From positions 25,135-89,134 of IMG/VR virus record IMGVR_UViG_2767802108_000001: 64,000 nucleotides of DNA, one strand, 5' to 3'. Position numbers and translations under genes: made by a program. Under the pieces are notes generated by a model that saw only the letters and a program-made list of their open reading frames with translations, was not told where the DNA came from and did no database searches. The stretch comes from a virus (lineage: Duplodnaviria > Caudoviricetes). Shown here piece after piece: positions 20,001 to 29,482 of this stretch (positions are counted from its first letter, which is position 1; each line of letters begins with the position of its first letter).

Positions 20001-21229
20001 CGTCGAAGCGACCCCGGTCCCGGGCCATCGCCGAGGAGACCGTCCGCCGTCTGGGAGGCGACCCCGCCTCCATCCAATGGCACGCCAACGGCGGGATCGA
20101 CGGCTGGCAGTACGACCCGGTCAGCGGATCCCTGTACTCGCCGTCCGAAGCCGGGCAGGCCGGCCACAAGACGAAGAAGGTGAAGACCAAGGGCGGCAAG
20201 ACCAAGGAAGTCGAGTACTTCGACCTTGCCGCGGTGGAGAAGAAGCTGTGGGACCTCGGCGAAGCCACAGCCGCCTGGAACCGCAACTTGGAAAAGGTAG
20301 CCGACCGGGCCGGCGGCGATGTCGCCCGTGCTCTGGCATCCATGGGCGAGGACGGCCTGAAGATCGCCGCGAAGATGGCGACCGGCACGGACAAGTACGT
20401 CGCCCAGATGTCCATCGCCCTCAGGAACCTGGAGAAGGAAGCACGGGCCCGCCTGTCCGACTTCACGTCCCAGCTGTCCCACGACTCCGCCAACAACCAG
20501 ATCTTCCAGAACAACCTCGCCAAGCTCGCAGCGATGGGCTACGGCGATCTCGCCGGGCAGCTTGCCGCGCAGAACGACCAGGCCGCGATGGACCTCGCCG
20601 CGGAGGCCGCTGGCAGCAAGTCGAAGGCGAAGAAAGCGAACGAGGAGGTCAAGCAGCGTAAGGCGCAGATGACCTCCGACGAGATGGCGAAGTTCATCGA
20701 GATCATCGCGGCGATCAGCAACAAGAACATCGGGATCCACCAGGTCGCGGACAAGACCGGTCTCGGTGAGGACGAGATCATCGAGGTCGGGAACAAGGGC
20801 AAGCTGAAGCTGCACCAGCTCCTCGGAGCGAAGGCCCTCAAGTTCCTCCAGGACCTGGCGAAGGCCAACAGCGGCAAGGCGTACGAGAACGGCGGCATCC
20901 GGGCCGGCATGTACGCCACGCAGGGCGGCATCATCCGGTTCGCGGAGCCGTCCACCCACGGTGAGGCGTACATCCCCCTCGGGCAGAACAAGCGGGGCTC
21001 CGCCACCCGGGTCCTCGGCGACGTCGCCTCCCGCTTCGGCCTCGGCCTCACCGACGGGCAGGCGTCCCGGGTCATCATCCGCGAGCAGGGCCCCCTCGTT
21101 GGAGAGTCCCACTTCCACATCGGTGACCGTCAGTCCGACCGGGACCTGGCCCGCGCAGTCGAGTCCCGGCAGGGATATCAGCTGCGCCGTCTGGCGCGCG
21201 GCGGCGTAGCAGCAAGGGGAAGCCGATGA
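17039..21229 (+). CDS. Tape measure protein
   Basis: 1396 aa, Ala-rich and helical, with hydrophobic segments and two A.GG...EP.T.GE.YIPL motifs. Confidence 0.9.
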   Translation: MSEWNLSVRLTGQGSGLARTLRDLSGDARTASRNVNALRRDIDRLRTETRNPIRVRLDVDAGHLRADVRAALTSAGSGQGLRVRLGLDADHLRADVSAALSAAGAGQGLAVNLRLGNSMQLRREVEDAVRWAAWGHRIEIPIALQDPMQLRRDVSAAVRWASMNQVIRVRVDPDTSGLRTPLPGLPGGSGGGGGLDFNLGSLIPAATAVVPLIAGLAANLAPLAGTFAATGGAAAAFGIALAGQVGPLKEASEAEKAYQDAVRDHGAASKEAAQAQLAYQQQLASMPAETQKAAVALSRLKTTFGDWSDDMASFTMAPVEKGFTVLEQVIPKLSPEVEAFSGSFDRLMNVAGGAVSTPGFDAFADRVGELTQAKVDDFTDQIIHLLRVVSQGDADAGAVGQILAYFRENGPEAREAVNAIGDAVVTLAQGAAQAGPTMLTLVTAAAKLVAALPPELVAIILQTATALKLLQLSGAGMAALAGGVTRVRTSIVGLAAASTAAGGGLAGLRAAFLALGTAAKASVVVAGIAAVVLAVKELGDLGESAPPNVDRLTTSLGQLGRTGKATGYVAEQFGSDFEKLNDKISKVMNPSTVDSINNWGADVTNGLLDASDATEDFTKSADAIDESLTNLVRNGNAEQAAAALKYMTASMSPEEAARLREELDGYDSSLADLKFESDMAADSMGLFGKAAADVQAQLSAQKQAADGLRNSLVALNETNRDAYSAEINYEQALDDLTAAFKENGNTLDIHTEAGRRNGEAMTQAAAAQDEMIVSGIAAGESFATMSGKSQALRAEMLELATKGFGGNKKAAEDYVNTLLGTPAEVNTIIKAETAAAITDLEAVKNEIATTHGKTIVMEAPTAAARAQLEALGFKIEDVPGSKNVKITIPTGTPISAVQAIQSAINGMQGKNIGIGIYKTEYLNTVRTGGAIDGKKYPGVTPQAHGSVLEFYADGGMRENHVAQIAPAGAWRVWAEPSTGGESYIPLSPSKRPRSRAIAEETVRRLGGDPASIQWHANGGIDGWQYDPVSGSLYSPSEAGQAGHKTKKVKTKGGKTKEVEYFDLAAVEKKLWDLGEATAAWNRNLEKVADRAGGDVARALASMGEDGLKIAAKMATGTDKYVAQMSIALRNLEKEARARLSDFTSQLSHDSANNQIFQNNLAKLAAMGYGDLAGQLAAQNDQAAMDLAAEAAGSKSKAKKANEEVKQRKAQMTSDEMAKFIEIIAAISNKNIGIHQVADKTGLGEDEIIEVGNKGKLKLHQLLGAKALKFLQDLAKANSGKAYENGGIRAGMYATQGGIIRFAEPSTHGEAYIPLGQNKRGSATRVLGDVASRFGLGLTDGQASRVIIREQGPLVGESHFHIGDRQSDRDLARAVESRQGYQLRRLARGGVAARGSR

Positions 21230-22119
21230 GTACGCCTGTGGAACTGGTCGACGGGCAGCACGAACTGGCCGGGGTCCTCATCGGGAAGGGCACCCCGGTC
21301 GTCATCGCGGCGATCGAAGGGCTCGGCAGGACGCCGCAGCGGACCGCGGACGTCGAACCCCCGGGCGAGGACGGCCTGTGGCTGGGCCCGGACCTGTTCA
21401 ACGGCCGCACCATCAAGATCGACGCCGGGATCAAGACCCCCGGGAACCAGCAGGCCGCCCTCGACATCCACGCCCAGCTTCAGGAAGCTGCTGACGACGA
21501 AGCCGTCCGCCTGGCCGGCGGGGCCACCACTGACCTGCGGCTGAAGTTCCCCGGCCGGCCGGCACGCATCGTGCGAGGTCGGATCCGTGATCTGGCCGCT
21601 GACCTTACGCAGGCCAAGCACGGCTGGATCCCCCTCGACATTGAGTTCACCGGCCAGGACCAGCTGTTCTACGACGAGCAGCAGACCACATCGATGCCGC
21701 TCGGTGCCCTCACCCGGGGCGGGCTTACTTTCCCCCTCGTGTTCCCGTTCACGATCGAGTACACGGCCGGAGCCGTCGGCCGGCCCGGGTTCATCGACAC
21801 GTCCGGGACCGCGCCGACGTGGCCAGTGCTGCGGGTCACCGGACCGTGCGCCAACCCGACGATCACGCATGTCGCGTCCGGGCGGACGCTGACCGTCCAA
21901 GGCTCGCTGGCTGCGGGGGAGTGGGTGGAGATCGACACCCGTCCCGGCTGGCGGACCGTCCTCCGCGACAACGGCGGCGGCATGGCGCTCACCCCGCAGT
22001 CCCGTATCGACCTGTTCCGTCTCGACCCGGGCCTGAACGAAATCCACTGGCGCGCGACCGACCCGACCCTGACCAGTTCTCTCGCCGTCACCTGGTGGCC
22101 GGCGTACAAGGCCCTGTGA
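21226..22119 (+). CDS. Distal tail protein (Dit)
   Basis: Follows TMP; GLTFPLVFP and GP..NP...L.PG.N motifs. Confidence 0.75.
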   Translation: MSTPVELVDGQHELAGVLIGKGTPVVIAAIEGLGRTPQRTADVEPPGEDGLWLGPDLFNGRTIKIDAGIKTPGNQQAALDIHAQLQEAADDEAVRLAGGATTDLRLKFPGRPARIVRGRIRDLAADLTQAKHGWIPLDIEFTGQDQLFYDEQQTTSMPLGALTRGGLTFPLVFPFTIEYTAGAVGRPGFIDTSGTAPTWPVLRVTGPCANPTITHVASGRTLTVQGSLAAGEWVEIDTRPGWRTVLRDNGGGMALTPQSRIDLFRLDPGLNEIHWRATDPTLTSSLAVTWWPAYKAL

Positions 22120-22126
22120 GGATCTG

Positions 22127-23080
22127 ATGGCACTCGTACCTGTTCCGATCGCTACGCGGGGTGCGGAGCATTCCGCGCAGCAGTTCCGCATGATGATCAA
22201 AGACCTGGCGCGGGACAACCAGGGCGTGACCACGGGCTCCGACCTCAAGGTTACGGCCCTGTCGACGCCGGGGGCCGGCGTGCAGATCGGCGATGGCTCG
22301 GCGGTCATCGCGGGCAAGGTCTCCCCGGTACAGGGCTTCTACAACGCGTACAACATCGGCTCCGACACCGAGGACGTCGCCGCGACCGGCGCTACGGGCC
22401 GTTCCGACATGCTGGTGCTGCGCGTGGAGGACCCCGAGTACGAGGGCGACCGCGATCCGGCCGTGGATCCGATTGTGTTCTTCGAGGTCATCGGCAACGT
22501 GTCCTCCAGCGCGACCACCGTCCCCGCCGGATACTCCGCGATCCCGCTGGCCAGGATCGACATACCGGCGTCCACGGCCACCATCACCAACGCCATGATC
22601 AAGGATCTGCGGCAGGTTGCCAACCCCCGCCGTGACCGGGTCCTCACCCCCTACTACCAGCCCGGCGGACCGGTCATCGAGATCTCCGGGACGTCCAGCA
22701 CCTACAAGACGCACCCCAACGTCACCCTCGCCACCCTCGCCATCCCCTCCTGGGCAGCCACCGCGAAGGTCATCTTCTCCGTGAACGGGCTCCGTCTCGC
22801 AACCGGCGACGTGTTCGGCGCGTTCCGGTTCAAGCTCGGCAGCGTAGAGGCGTCCCAGGAAGTCTTCATCGACGACAACCAGGGCGCGGTCGTCCGCCGC
22901 ATCAACGTGGAGATGGTCGAGACGATCGACCTCACCACCACGCCCGGGGCGGCGATGCGCGGCACCAATCAGCCGATCGTGTCCCGCATGCGCACAGACC
23001 CGCTGAACGACGGCACGATCGGGGTGGACTCCCGCACCACCTTCAAGATCGACGTGGAGTTCCTTGAGGGACGGCTGTAG
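22127..23080 (+). CDS. Minor tail / baseplate protein
   Basis: RSDMLVLRVEDP and IPLARIDIPA...ITNAMIKDLR motifs typical of actinophage minor tail proteins. Confidence 0.7.
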   Translation: MALVPVPIATRGAEHSAQQFRMMIKDLARDNQGVTTGSDLKVTALSTPGAGVQIGDGSAVIAGKVSPVQGFYNAYNIGSDTEDVAATGATGRSDMLVLRVEDPEYEGDRDPAVDPIVFFEVIGNVSSSATTVPAGYSAIPLARIDIPASTATITNAMIKDLRQVANPRRDRVLTPYYQPGGPVIEISGTSSTYKTHPNVTLATLAIPSWAATAKVIFSVNGLRLATGDVFGAFRFKLGSVEASQEVFIDDNQGAVVRRINVEMVETIDLTTTPGAAMRGTNQPIVSRMRTDPLNDGTIGVDSRTTFKIDVEFLEGRL

Positions 23081-24171
23081 TGGGCCGCTGGCGGTTCTGG
23101 ACCCAGCACGCCCTCACTGGCGCCCAACTCCACCCCGACCTGCCCCTGGCCAAGGCCGAGTTCGGGAACGAGCTCAACGGGCCCGGCCAGCTGCGGGGTA
23201 CGCTCACGCCGCGGTTCGTGAAGGCCAACGTGGCCTCGCTGATTCCCGGCAAGGCTGTCATCTACGCGGAGGCCGACGGCTACCTGCGGTGGGGCGGCCT
23301 GATCTGGGACGTCACCGTCCAGGACGGCGAATTCGAGATCGAGGCCGCGTCCTGGTCGTCGTACCTGACGAAACGCCACGACACCCACGGGGAGCTGGCC
23401 GGCCGTGGCCCGTACGTGAACACCGATCCGTGCAAAATCATCCGGGATGTGTGGGCGTACGCCCAGTCCCAGCCCGACGGCAACCTGGGCGTGGTCGTCG
23501 ACTCCACCGTCTCGAAGATCACGGTGGGGACATCCAAGGAGCCGTGGCACTCGTACTGGTACGAGAACACCGCACTCAGCGACCACCTCGACGACCTCGT
23601 CTCTGAGGAGGGCGCACCCCAGTACACGAACACGTGCCGCTACCTCGGTAACGGGGTGGAGAAGCGCCTCAAGCTGGGCTATCCGCGGCTGGGTGCTCGC
23701 CGCACCGACATCGCCTTCCGCACGGGCGTGAACATCATCGACGCCGTTCCCGTTACCTACTCCGGTGACGACTTCGCGAACGTCGTCATCGCTACCGGCT
23801 CCGGTGAGGGAACTGCCACCCGTCGGGCGGAAGCCCCGTCCCGGGACGGCGGGCTGCGCATGGAGACGATCCTCGCCCTGGCCACCGTCAACGGCAACGA
23901 CGTCCTCGGCCGGCGTGCAGCTGCGGAACTGAAACGTCGCAAGGTCATGGGCCAGGTTGAGTCGGTCACCATCCGGCACCATCCGAACGCTCCGCTGGGG
24001 TCGTGGCAGATCGGTGACGACGTGCAGGTGACGGTCAACAACCAGTGGACCAGTTGGTCGGGCTGGTGCCGGATTCTGGCCGATTCCTACCGGCCCACCG
24101 AATCCCCAGATCAGGCGGTGCTCACCCTGGCCCGCGCTGACTCCTTCCACTACGGCCCCGCGGAGGCATGA
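23080..24171 (+). CDS. Tail hub / Tal-like minor tail protein
   Basis: LNGPG, WGGLIW, LGYPRLG and GDDV motifs. Confidence 0.7.
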   Translation: MGRWRFWTQHALTGAQLHPDLPLAKAEFGNELNGPGQLRGTLTPRFVKANVASLIPGKAVIYAEADGYLRWGGLIWDVTVQDGEFEIEAASWSSYLTKRHDTHGELAGRGPYVNTDPCKIIRDVWAYAQSQPDGNLGVVVDSTVSKITVGTSKEPWHSYWYENTALSDHLDDLVSEEGAPQYTNTCRYLGNGVEKRLKLGYPRLGARRTDIAFRTGVNIIDAVPVTYSGDDFANVVIATGSGEGTATRRAEAPSRDGGLRMETILALATVNGNDVLGRRAAAELKRRKVMGQVESVTIRHHPNAPLGSWQIGDDVQVTVNNQWTSWSGWCRILADSYRPTESPDQAVLTLARADSFHYGPAEA

Positions 24172-26660
24172 CCATGGCCCGAGATCTGACCAGTGAAGTC
24201 GCCCGTCTCCGGCAGGAACTCAAGGAGGCCAAGCGGGGGCAGCGGTACGCGCACGGCGGCAGCATCGAAGACAGCGCCCTCGAGGTGAAGGACGACACGG
24301 GGAGCCTCCGTGCGATCGTCGGCGTGCAGAGTGACGGCACGACCGCGGTGAACATCGTCAACGGGCCCCCACCACCAGCCCCGACACCGCCGATCCTGGG
24401 GTCTGTCCTGGGCGGGATCACCGTCTCCTGGAACGGTCAGTTCGCGGACGGTGCGATACCCCCGCTGGACTGGCAGCGCGTCGAAGTTCACGCCTCCACC
24501 ACCAGCGGCTTCACCCCGTCGCTGGAGACGCTGCGGACGACGTTCGAGACGCCGCAGGGCGGCACAGTCGTCGTGCCGTGCGAGGAGCCCGTGTACGTCC
24601 TCCTCGTCGCCCGGAACACGTCCGGGACCGCGTCCACGCCGACCGCGCAGGCCGGGCCGCTGGGTCCTGCGCCGGTCGTAGCGACGGACATCCTGGACGG
24701 CATCGTCACCACGGTGAAACTCGCGGAGGGCGCCGTCACCGAAGCGAAGATCGCCGCCGATGCGGTCGGCACGGTCGCCCTACAGGAGTCCGCGGTCCTC
24801 GCGGAGAACCTCGCGGACGCCGCCGTGGAGGTCGGGAAGATCGCAGACAATGCGGTGACCGGCCCGGCGATCGCCTCCGAAGCCGTCACCGCGGGGAAGC
24901 TCGCCGCGAACTCGGTGGTGGCAGGGAACATTCAGGCGGGGGCGGTCACGTCGGCGACGGTCGCTGCCGGGGCGATCACCACGGACAAGCTGACCGTGAC
25001 CGGCGGCGCCAACGTCCTCACCGACCCCAGCTTCGAGGGCGCCTACACGGCGTCCATCCTGGCCGGACTCTCCTACGCCAGCCAGGACACCACCAGGGGC
25101 AACGGGTCACCCACCTCCCTAAAGATCGATGCCACGGCGGGAAGTGCCACCAACCGGGCCGTGTCCATCACCGCGATTCCGGTACTGCCCGGCGACCAGC
25201 TGAACATCGGCATCGACTACTGGGTGGAGACCGCGTGGGCGGGCTCGGGTGTCAACGTTCACATCCGGTGGGAGACCGCTGCTGGTGGGATCGTGTCGTA
25301 CGGCATCGCCGCGTCGGGTGGATCCCCGGTGCGGAATGCGTGGACCAGGCTGTCGGGCACGTACACGGCCCCGGCAACGGCGACGGTGGCCCGGCTGCGG
25401 ATCGAATCGTCCGGGGGTACGGCGGGCGCGGTGTGGTTCGACAATGCGTCGCTGCGGCCGGTGCTGGGCGGTACGCAGATCCAGGACGGGGCGGTCACTA
25501 CTCAGAAGCTGGTCGCGGCTGCCGTGCAGGCGTTGCAGATCGATGCTGGGGCGGTCAATGCCGACAAGATCGCATCGGGTGCGGTGACGACCGCAAAACT
25601 GGACGCGCTCGCCGTCACCGCAGACAAGATCGCTGCGAATGCCATCACTGTCGGGAAGATCGCCGCCGGGGCCGTGGACGCCACCGCCATCGCCGCCGAC
25701 GCCATCACCGGTAAGACCATCACCGGCGGCATCATCAACGGCGCCGTGATCCAGACCGCCGACAGTGGCGAACGGATCACCCTCAACGAAGCCGACGAGA
25801 ACATGATCCTCGTCTACAACGACACCGAAAGCATCGGTGAACTTTCCGTCCGCGGTCTCCTCGTCAAAGGAACCGGCGGTGCCATCATGTGGCTCGACCC
25901 CAGCGCCGTCCTCCCACAGCTGCGGTTCCTCAACTCCGCTGGCACCAACTCCGTGTACATCCAGATGGCCGAAGCCACCCCCGGCGATGCCAACCTCCAG
26001 ATCGTTGCCGGATCCTTCGCCGGTGACGGCTTCACCGACCGCACCTGGCGCACGTACATGGGTAACGACCTGGCCGTCATCGAACGCATCCGCCGCACCT
26101 CGGCGTCCAGCCACCGCGGCGGCCGCATGAACCTCCGCGCGGACTACGCCGAGATCGGCTACATGGACTCTGCTGTCGCAGCAGACGCCGGGTACTTCCT
26201 GCACCAGCCCGGAGTGATCACCAGCAAGGGCCGTCACCGGGTGGAACCGCAGGCGGCAAGCAGCGAAAGCGCCCTCCATGTGACCGCACAGACTGGACAC
26301 ACCGGAAACCTGCTGCGCCTGGCCCGGGACACGGACAAGGTCACCGTCGACAAGGACGGCAACACGGTGATCGCCGGGATGATGACTGCCGGGAACATCG
26401 TCACCGGCACCACCACCATCACCCCCTCCGCTGCCAGCACCCCAACCAGCGCGTCCGTCAGCTTTACCGCACTGAAGGGCACCACGTTCCGCGGCTACGC
26501 CACCGCGTCAACCACTGTGCCCGGCGTCCGTACTCCCGTCGGCGCCCAGGGCGTCACCGGAGTCAGCGTGTCCTCTGTGACGTCCAGCAGCATGCTCGTC
26601 TGGGTCAACCGCGAGAACACCACAGCAACCGTTATCAACTGGATGGTGATCGGATCATGA
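24168..26660 (+). CDS. Tail fibre / receptor-binding protein
   Basis: FN3-like N-terminal region, 10-aa AVTxxK(L/I) repeats flanking a CBM-like domain (DPSFE...WFDNASL). Confidence 0.75.
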   Translation: MTMARDLTSEVARLRQELKEAKRGQRYAHGGSIEDSALEVKDDTGSLRAIVGVQSDGTTAVNIVNGPPPPAPTPPILGSVLGGITVSWNGQFADGAIPPLDWQRVEVHASTTSGFTPSLETLRTTFETPQGGTVVVPCEEPVYVLLVARNTSGTASTPTAQAGPLGPAPVVATDILDGIVTTVKLAEGAVTEAKIAADAVGTVALQESAVLAENLADAAVEVGKIADNAVTGPAIASEAVTAGKLAANSVVAGNIQAGAVTSATVAAGAITTDKLTVTGGANVLTDPSFEGAYTASILAGLSYASQDTTRGNGSPTSLKIDATAGSATNRAVSITAIPVLPGDQLNIGIDYWVETAWAGSGVNVHIRWETAAGGIVSYGIAASGGSPVRNAWTRLSGTYTAPATATVARLRIESSGGTAGAVWFDNASLRPVLGGTQIQDGAVTTQKLVAAAVQALQIDAGAVNADKIASGAVTTAKLDALAVTADKIAANAITVGKIAAGAVDATAIAADAITGKTITGGIINGAVIQTADSGERITLNEADENMILVYNDTESIGELSVRGLLVKGTGGAIMWLDPSAVLPQLRFLNSAGTNSVYIQMAEATPGDANLQIVAGSFAGDGFTDRTWRTYMGNDLAVIERIRRTSASSHRGGRMNLRADYAEIGYMDSAVAADAGYFLHQPGVITSKGRHRVEPQAASSESALHVTAQTGHTGNLLRLARDTDKVTVDKDGNTVIAGMMTAGNIVTGTTTITPSAASTPTSASVSFTALKGTTFRGYATASTTVPGVRTPVGAQGVTGVSVSSVTSSSMLVWVNRENTTATVINWMVIGS

Positions 26661-27022
26661 GCGAAACCGCGCCCGCTCCGCAGACCGAAGCGACCCAGGC
26701 AGAAGAACCGCCTCCGCCGCCTGTGGAGGACCCGCCCCCGCCGCCCGTGGAGGAGCCGCCGTCGGAGCCGCCGCCCACCCCGGATCCCGTTCCGGAGCCG
26801 GACGTCATCAACTGGGAACCGCAGACCTGGTACTCGATCACCTCCGCGTGCGTCACGCCCGGCTGCCCGCAGGAGAACGTGATCGTCGCGATCCCGATGT
26901 TCTACTCCAACAACGGCGAGCTGAAGTACATCAGGGTGGTGTGCGGCGCGGACGGCTGCTGCGGCAAGGACTGCCGAATCCTCACCGCCGACAAGCTCGA
27001 CCCGCAGCCGATCGAGGAATAG
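26657..27022 (+). CDS. Pro-rich/Cys-rich small protein after the tail fibre gene
   Basis: EEPPPPPV repeats and several Cys; ATGA overlap. Confidence 0.65.
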   Translation: MSETAPAPQTEATQAEEPPPPPVEDPPPPPVEEPPSEPPPTPDPVPEPDVINWEPQTWYSITSACVTPGCPQENVIVAIPMFYSNNGELKYIRVVCGADGCCGKDCRILTADKLDPQPIEE

Positions 27023-27041
27023 ACCGTCCGGGGCGGCCGGG

Positions 27042-27070
27042 GGAACGACTCACCCGGCCGCCCCTACCCT
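27042..27070 (+). promoter_or_regulatory. Putative promoter GGAAC-N18-TACCCT upstream of the lysis genes
   Basis: Matches the recurring promoter class. Confidence 0.55.
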
Positions 27071-27182
27071 GATCAAAGAGGGCGACCCTCCGCCCGCCTG
27101 CACCACCCTCCGAGGGACGGCCACACCACAGTGGCCCGCCATACCCTTCCACCTGGGCGCGGGGAGTTCAGGAGTACGGGCA

Positions 27183-27572
27183 ATGCCCGACCCGAAGCAG
27201 CACGACGAGACGGCTGCCCGTAAGAAGACCGACAGCCCGTCCGACGCCACCCCGGCCCCAGCCCCCGCACCGGTAGAGCCCGCCGCGGACACCAGCGGCC
27301 AGTACGAGCCCTACCCCGGCCGGGAGTTCTTCCACGGCGGCCGTTACAGCCCCATCAACGCCGCGGCCGGCGCGCGCCTCACCCGCGAAGGCCACGCCCC
27401 CGCAGGCAAGACCCTCGGCCCGGACTGGACGACCGCCCACCGCGACGCCTGGAAGTCCTACCAGGAGTCCCTGCGACCCAAGGGCGGCGGCGACACCAGC
27501 GGTATCCCCGACGAGACCGCCTGGAACCGGCTTCAGGTACCGCGCGTCAGCCCCGCCCCCAAGGAGTCCTGA
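27183..27572 (+). CDS. Stand-alone peptidoglycan-binding domain protein
   Basis: PYPGREFF..GR.SP...GPDWT...YQ..L...SGIP...W.RL.VP, like Streptomyces phage cell-wall binding domains. Confidence 0.7.
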   Translation: MPDPKQHDETAARKKTDSPSDATPAPAPAPVEPAADTSGQYEPYPGREFFHGGRYSPINAAAGARLTREGHAPAGKTLGPDWTTAHRDAWKSYQESLRPKGGGDTSGIPDETAWNRLQVPRVSPAPKES

Positions 27573-28471
27573 TGGCCACACCCCTGTCCGCGAGCGCTCT
27601 CCTCGCCGCCCTCAAAGCGGAAGGCTGCCAGGTCGTCGAGTACCGCGACTGGCGCACCCACAACCGCAACCACAAGGGCGCATGGGGCCCGGTCCACGGC
27701 GTCGTCATCCACCACACCGTCTCCTCCGGAGAGGACTCCTCCGTCGCCCTCTGCTACGACGGCCACGCCGACCTGCCGGGCCCGCTGTGCCACACCGTCG
27801 GCGGGAAGTCCGGGAAGCTGTACATGGTCGGCCACGGCCGCGCCAACCACGCCGGATCCGGCGACGGTGACGTCCTCCAGGCCGTCATCGACGAGCGCGC
27901 GCTGCCCGCCGACAACGAGGCGAACACCGACGGCAACGCCCGCTTCTACGGAATCGAGATCGTCAACCTCGGCAACGGCAAGGACACCTATCCGGCCGTG
28001 CAGTATGACGCCGCGGTCCGGTGGGCGGCAGCGATCTGCCGCGCCCACGGCTGGGGTGCCGCGTCCGTCATCGGCCACAAGGAGTGGCAGCCCGGAAAGA
28101 TCGACCCGGCCGGGCCGGTCGAAGGCCGCGGTGACTTCTCCATGGACCGTTTCCGCGCCGACGTCGGCGAACGCCTCACCCATCCCGCTTCGTGGAGCGC
28201 CGGCTCCTCTAGCACCAAGCCACCCGCACAGGAGGAGGACCCCATGGCGGGGTACAGCAAGGCCGACATCGGCGACGCCGTAATCCACCGGGACAACATC
28301 CCCGCACCGAAGTCCGCCCCGGACAAGGCCAAGAACACCAAGTGGACGCTGTCCAGCTACGTCCAGTCGATCTACAACACGGTCGTCGGCCTGCCCGGCG
28401 ACGTCTCCGCGCTCCGAAAGGACGTCGCCGCGCTCCGCGCCGACGTCGCAGCCCTCAAGAAGGAGTCCTGA
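27572..28471 (+). CDS. Endolysin, N-acetylmuramoyl-L-alanine amidase
   Basis: IHHT, ANHAG, YGIE and IGHKEW...KIDP amidase_2 motifs. Confidence 0.92.
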   Translation: MATPLSASALLAALKAEGCQVVEYRDWRTHNRNHKGAWGPVHGVVIHHTVSSGEDSSVALCYDGHADLPGPLCHTVGGKSGKLYMVGHGRANHAGSGDGDVLQAVIDERALPADNEANTDGNARFYGIEIVNLGNGKDTYPAVQYDAAVRWAAAICRAHGWGAASVIGHKEWQPGKIDPAGPVEGRGDFSMDRFRADVGERLTHPASWSAGSSSTKPPAQEEDPMAGYSKADIGDAVIHRDNIPAPKSAPDKAKNTKWTLSSYVQSIYNTVVGLPGDVSALRKDVAALRADVAALKKES

Positions 28472-28473
28472 TC

Positions 28474-28860
28474 GTGAAGATCCTCGGGCGTGAGCCCGTC
28501 TACCTGCTGGCCTTCGCCGCCATCGCTCTGAAGCTGGCGTCGGCCTACGGCCTGGACGTCTCCGACGACCAGCAGACCGCCATCATGGCCGTCCTGTCCT
28601 GCATCGTCGCCCTCGCCACCGCGATCGTCCTCAAGACCGGCGCCGCCGCAGCGGCCATCGTCAACCTCGCCCAAGCTGGACTCGCCCTGTTCCTCGGCTT
28701 CGGCCTCGACATGAGCGCAGAACAGCAGGCCCTATGGATGCTCTTCGTGGAGGGCGCCGTCGCCATCTTCCTCCGCAAGGAGGTCACCGCCCCCGTCCCC
28801 GCCGTGAGCCTGGAGACGTCAAGCCCCCTCGCCAAGCAGCACGACCCGACCGCCGTCTGA
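28474..28860 (+). CDS. Holin-like membrane protein
   Basis: KILGREP start, about 4 TM segments, R..VT.P end. Confidence 0.75.
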   Translation: MKILGREPVYLLAFAAIALKLASAYGLDVSDDQQTAIMAVLSCIVALATAIVLKTGAAAAAIVNLAQAGLALFLGFGLDMSAEQQALWMLFVEGAVAIFLRKEVTAPVPAVSLETSSPLAKQHDPTAV

Positions 28861-28938
28861 CCATGCCCACACGGTACGCAGGGGCCGACTGGCAGCGGCA
28901 CCCGCGTACCCCACCCCCCACACATAAGGAGCAGCGAG

Positions 28939-29274
28939 GTGAATGACCTGTCGGCCGTCAGCGTCCTACTGCCAGGCGGGGCCGGGGCAATCGTCACCCT
29001 CATCGTGCTGCTCATCCTCCGCGGGAGCCTCGTCGCCCGAGCGGTCCTCGAAGACGTACGGAAGGACCGTGACGCCCGCGTCGCCGAGCTGGCGAAAGAG
29101 CGGGACATGTGGCGTGAGGCCCACCGTGAGAGCGAAGCCGCACGCATCGAAGCGCAGAGCCAGGTCGGTGAACTCCTCGAGCTGTCGAGGGTCGCCGACC
29201 ACGTTCTGCGTGCCATACGAGGGGAGGTGCCCGGGGATGCGATGGATCCGTCGGTTGCTGCGCCGCCGTCCTGA
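28939..29274 (+). CDS. Membrane protein (lysis cassette)
   Basis: N-terminal TM plus coiled coil (ERDMWR). Confidence 0.7.
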   Translation: MNDLSAVSVLLPGGAGAIVTLIVLLILRGSLVARAVLEDVRKDRDARVAELAKERDMWREAHRESEAARIEAQSQVGELLELSRVADHVLRAIRGEVPGDAMDPSVAAPPS

Positions 29275-29482
29275 GCCCGCCCCGCAGCGCCCGGACGAGG
29301 CCGGAAAGACACGCGGGCAGAGGGAAGCCGAATCGGCGCTGTCCCGTGCCCGGAAGGCCCGCCGGGCGGTGGAAGCGCACCGTCCCGCTGTCGCCCGCGT
29401 CGCCGAGCGTTTGGCGAGCGAGCGGGAACGCAATCACTTCGCGGAAATCTTCCGCGACGCCTTTGAGGGAGGGCACCGCTGA
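29237..29482 (+). CDS. Small basic protein (lysis cassette)
   Basis: GGAGG RBS; RERNHFAE motif; coupled to the next gene. Confidence 0.65.
   Translation: MRWIRRLLRRRPEPAPQRPDEAGKTRGQREAESALSRARKARRAVEAHRPAVARVAERLASERERNHFAEIFRDAFEGGHR

Noticed and set aside
26700-26800. Short tandem repeats that could suggest an array
   Set aside because: They encode EEPPPPPV in frame; there are no unique spacers and no cas genes.
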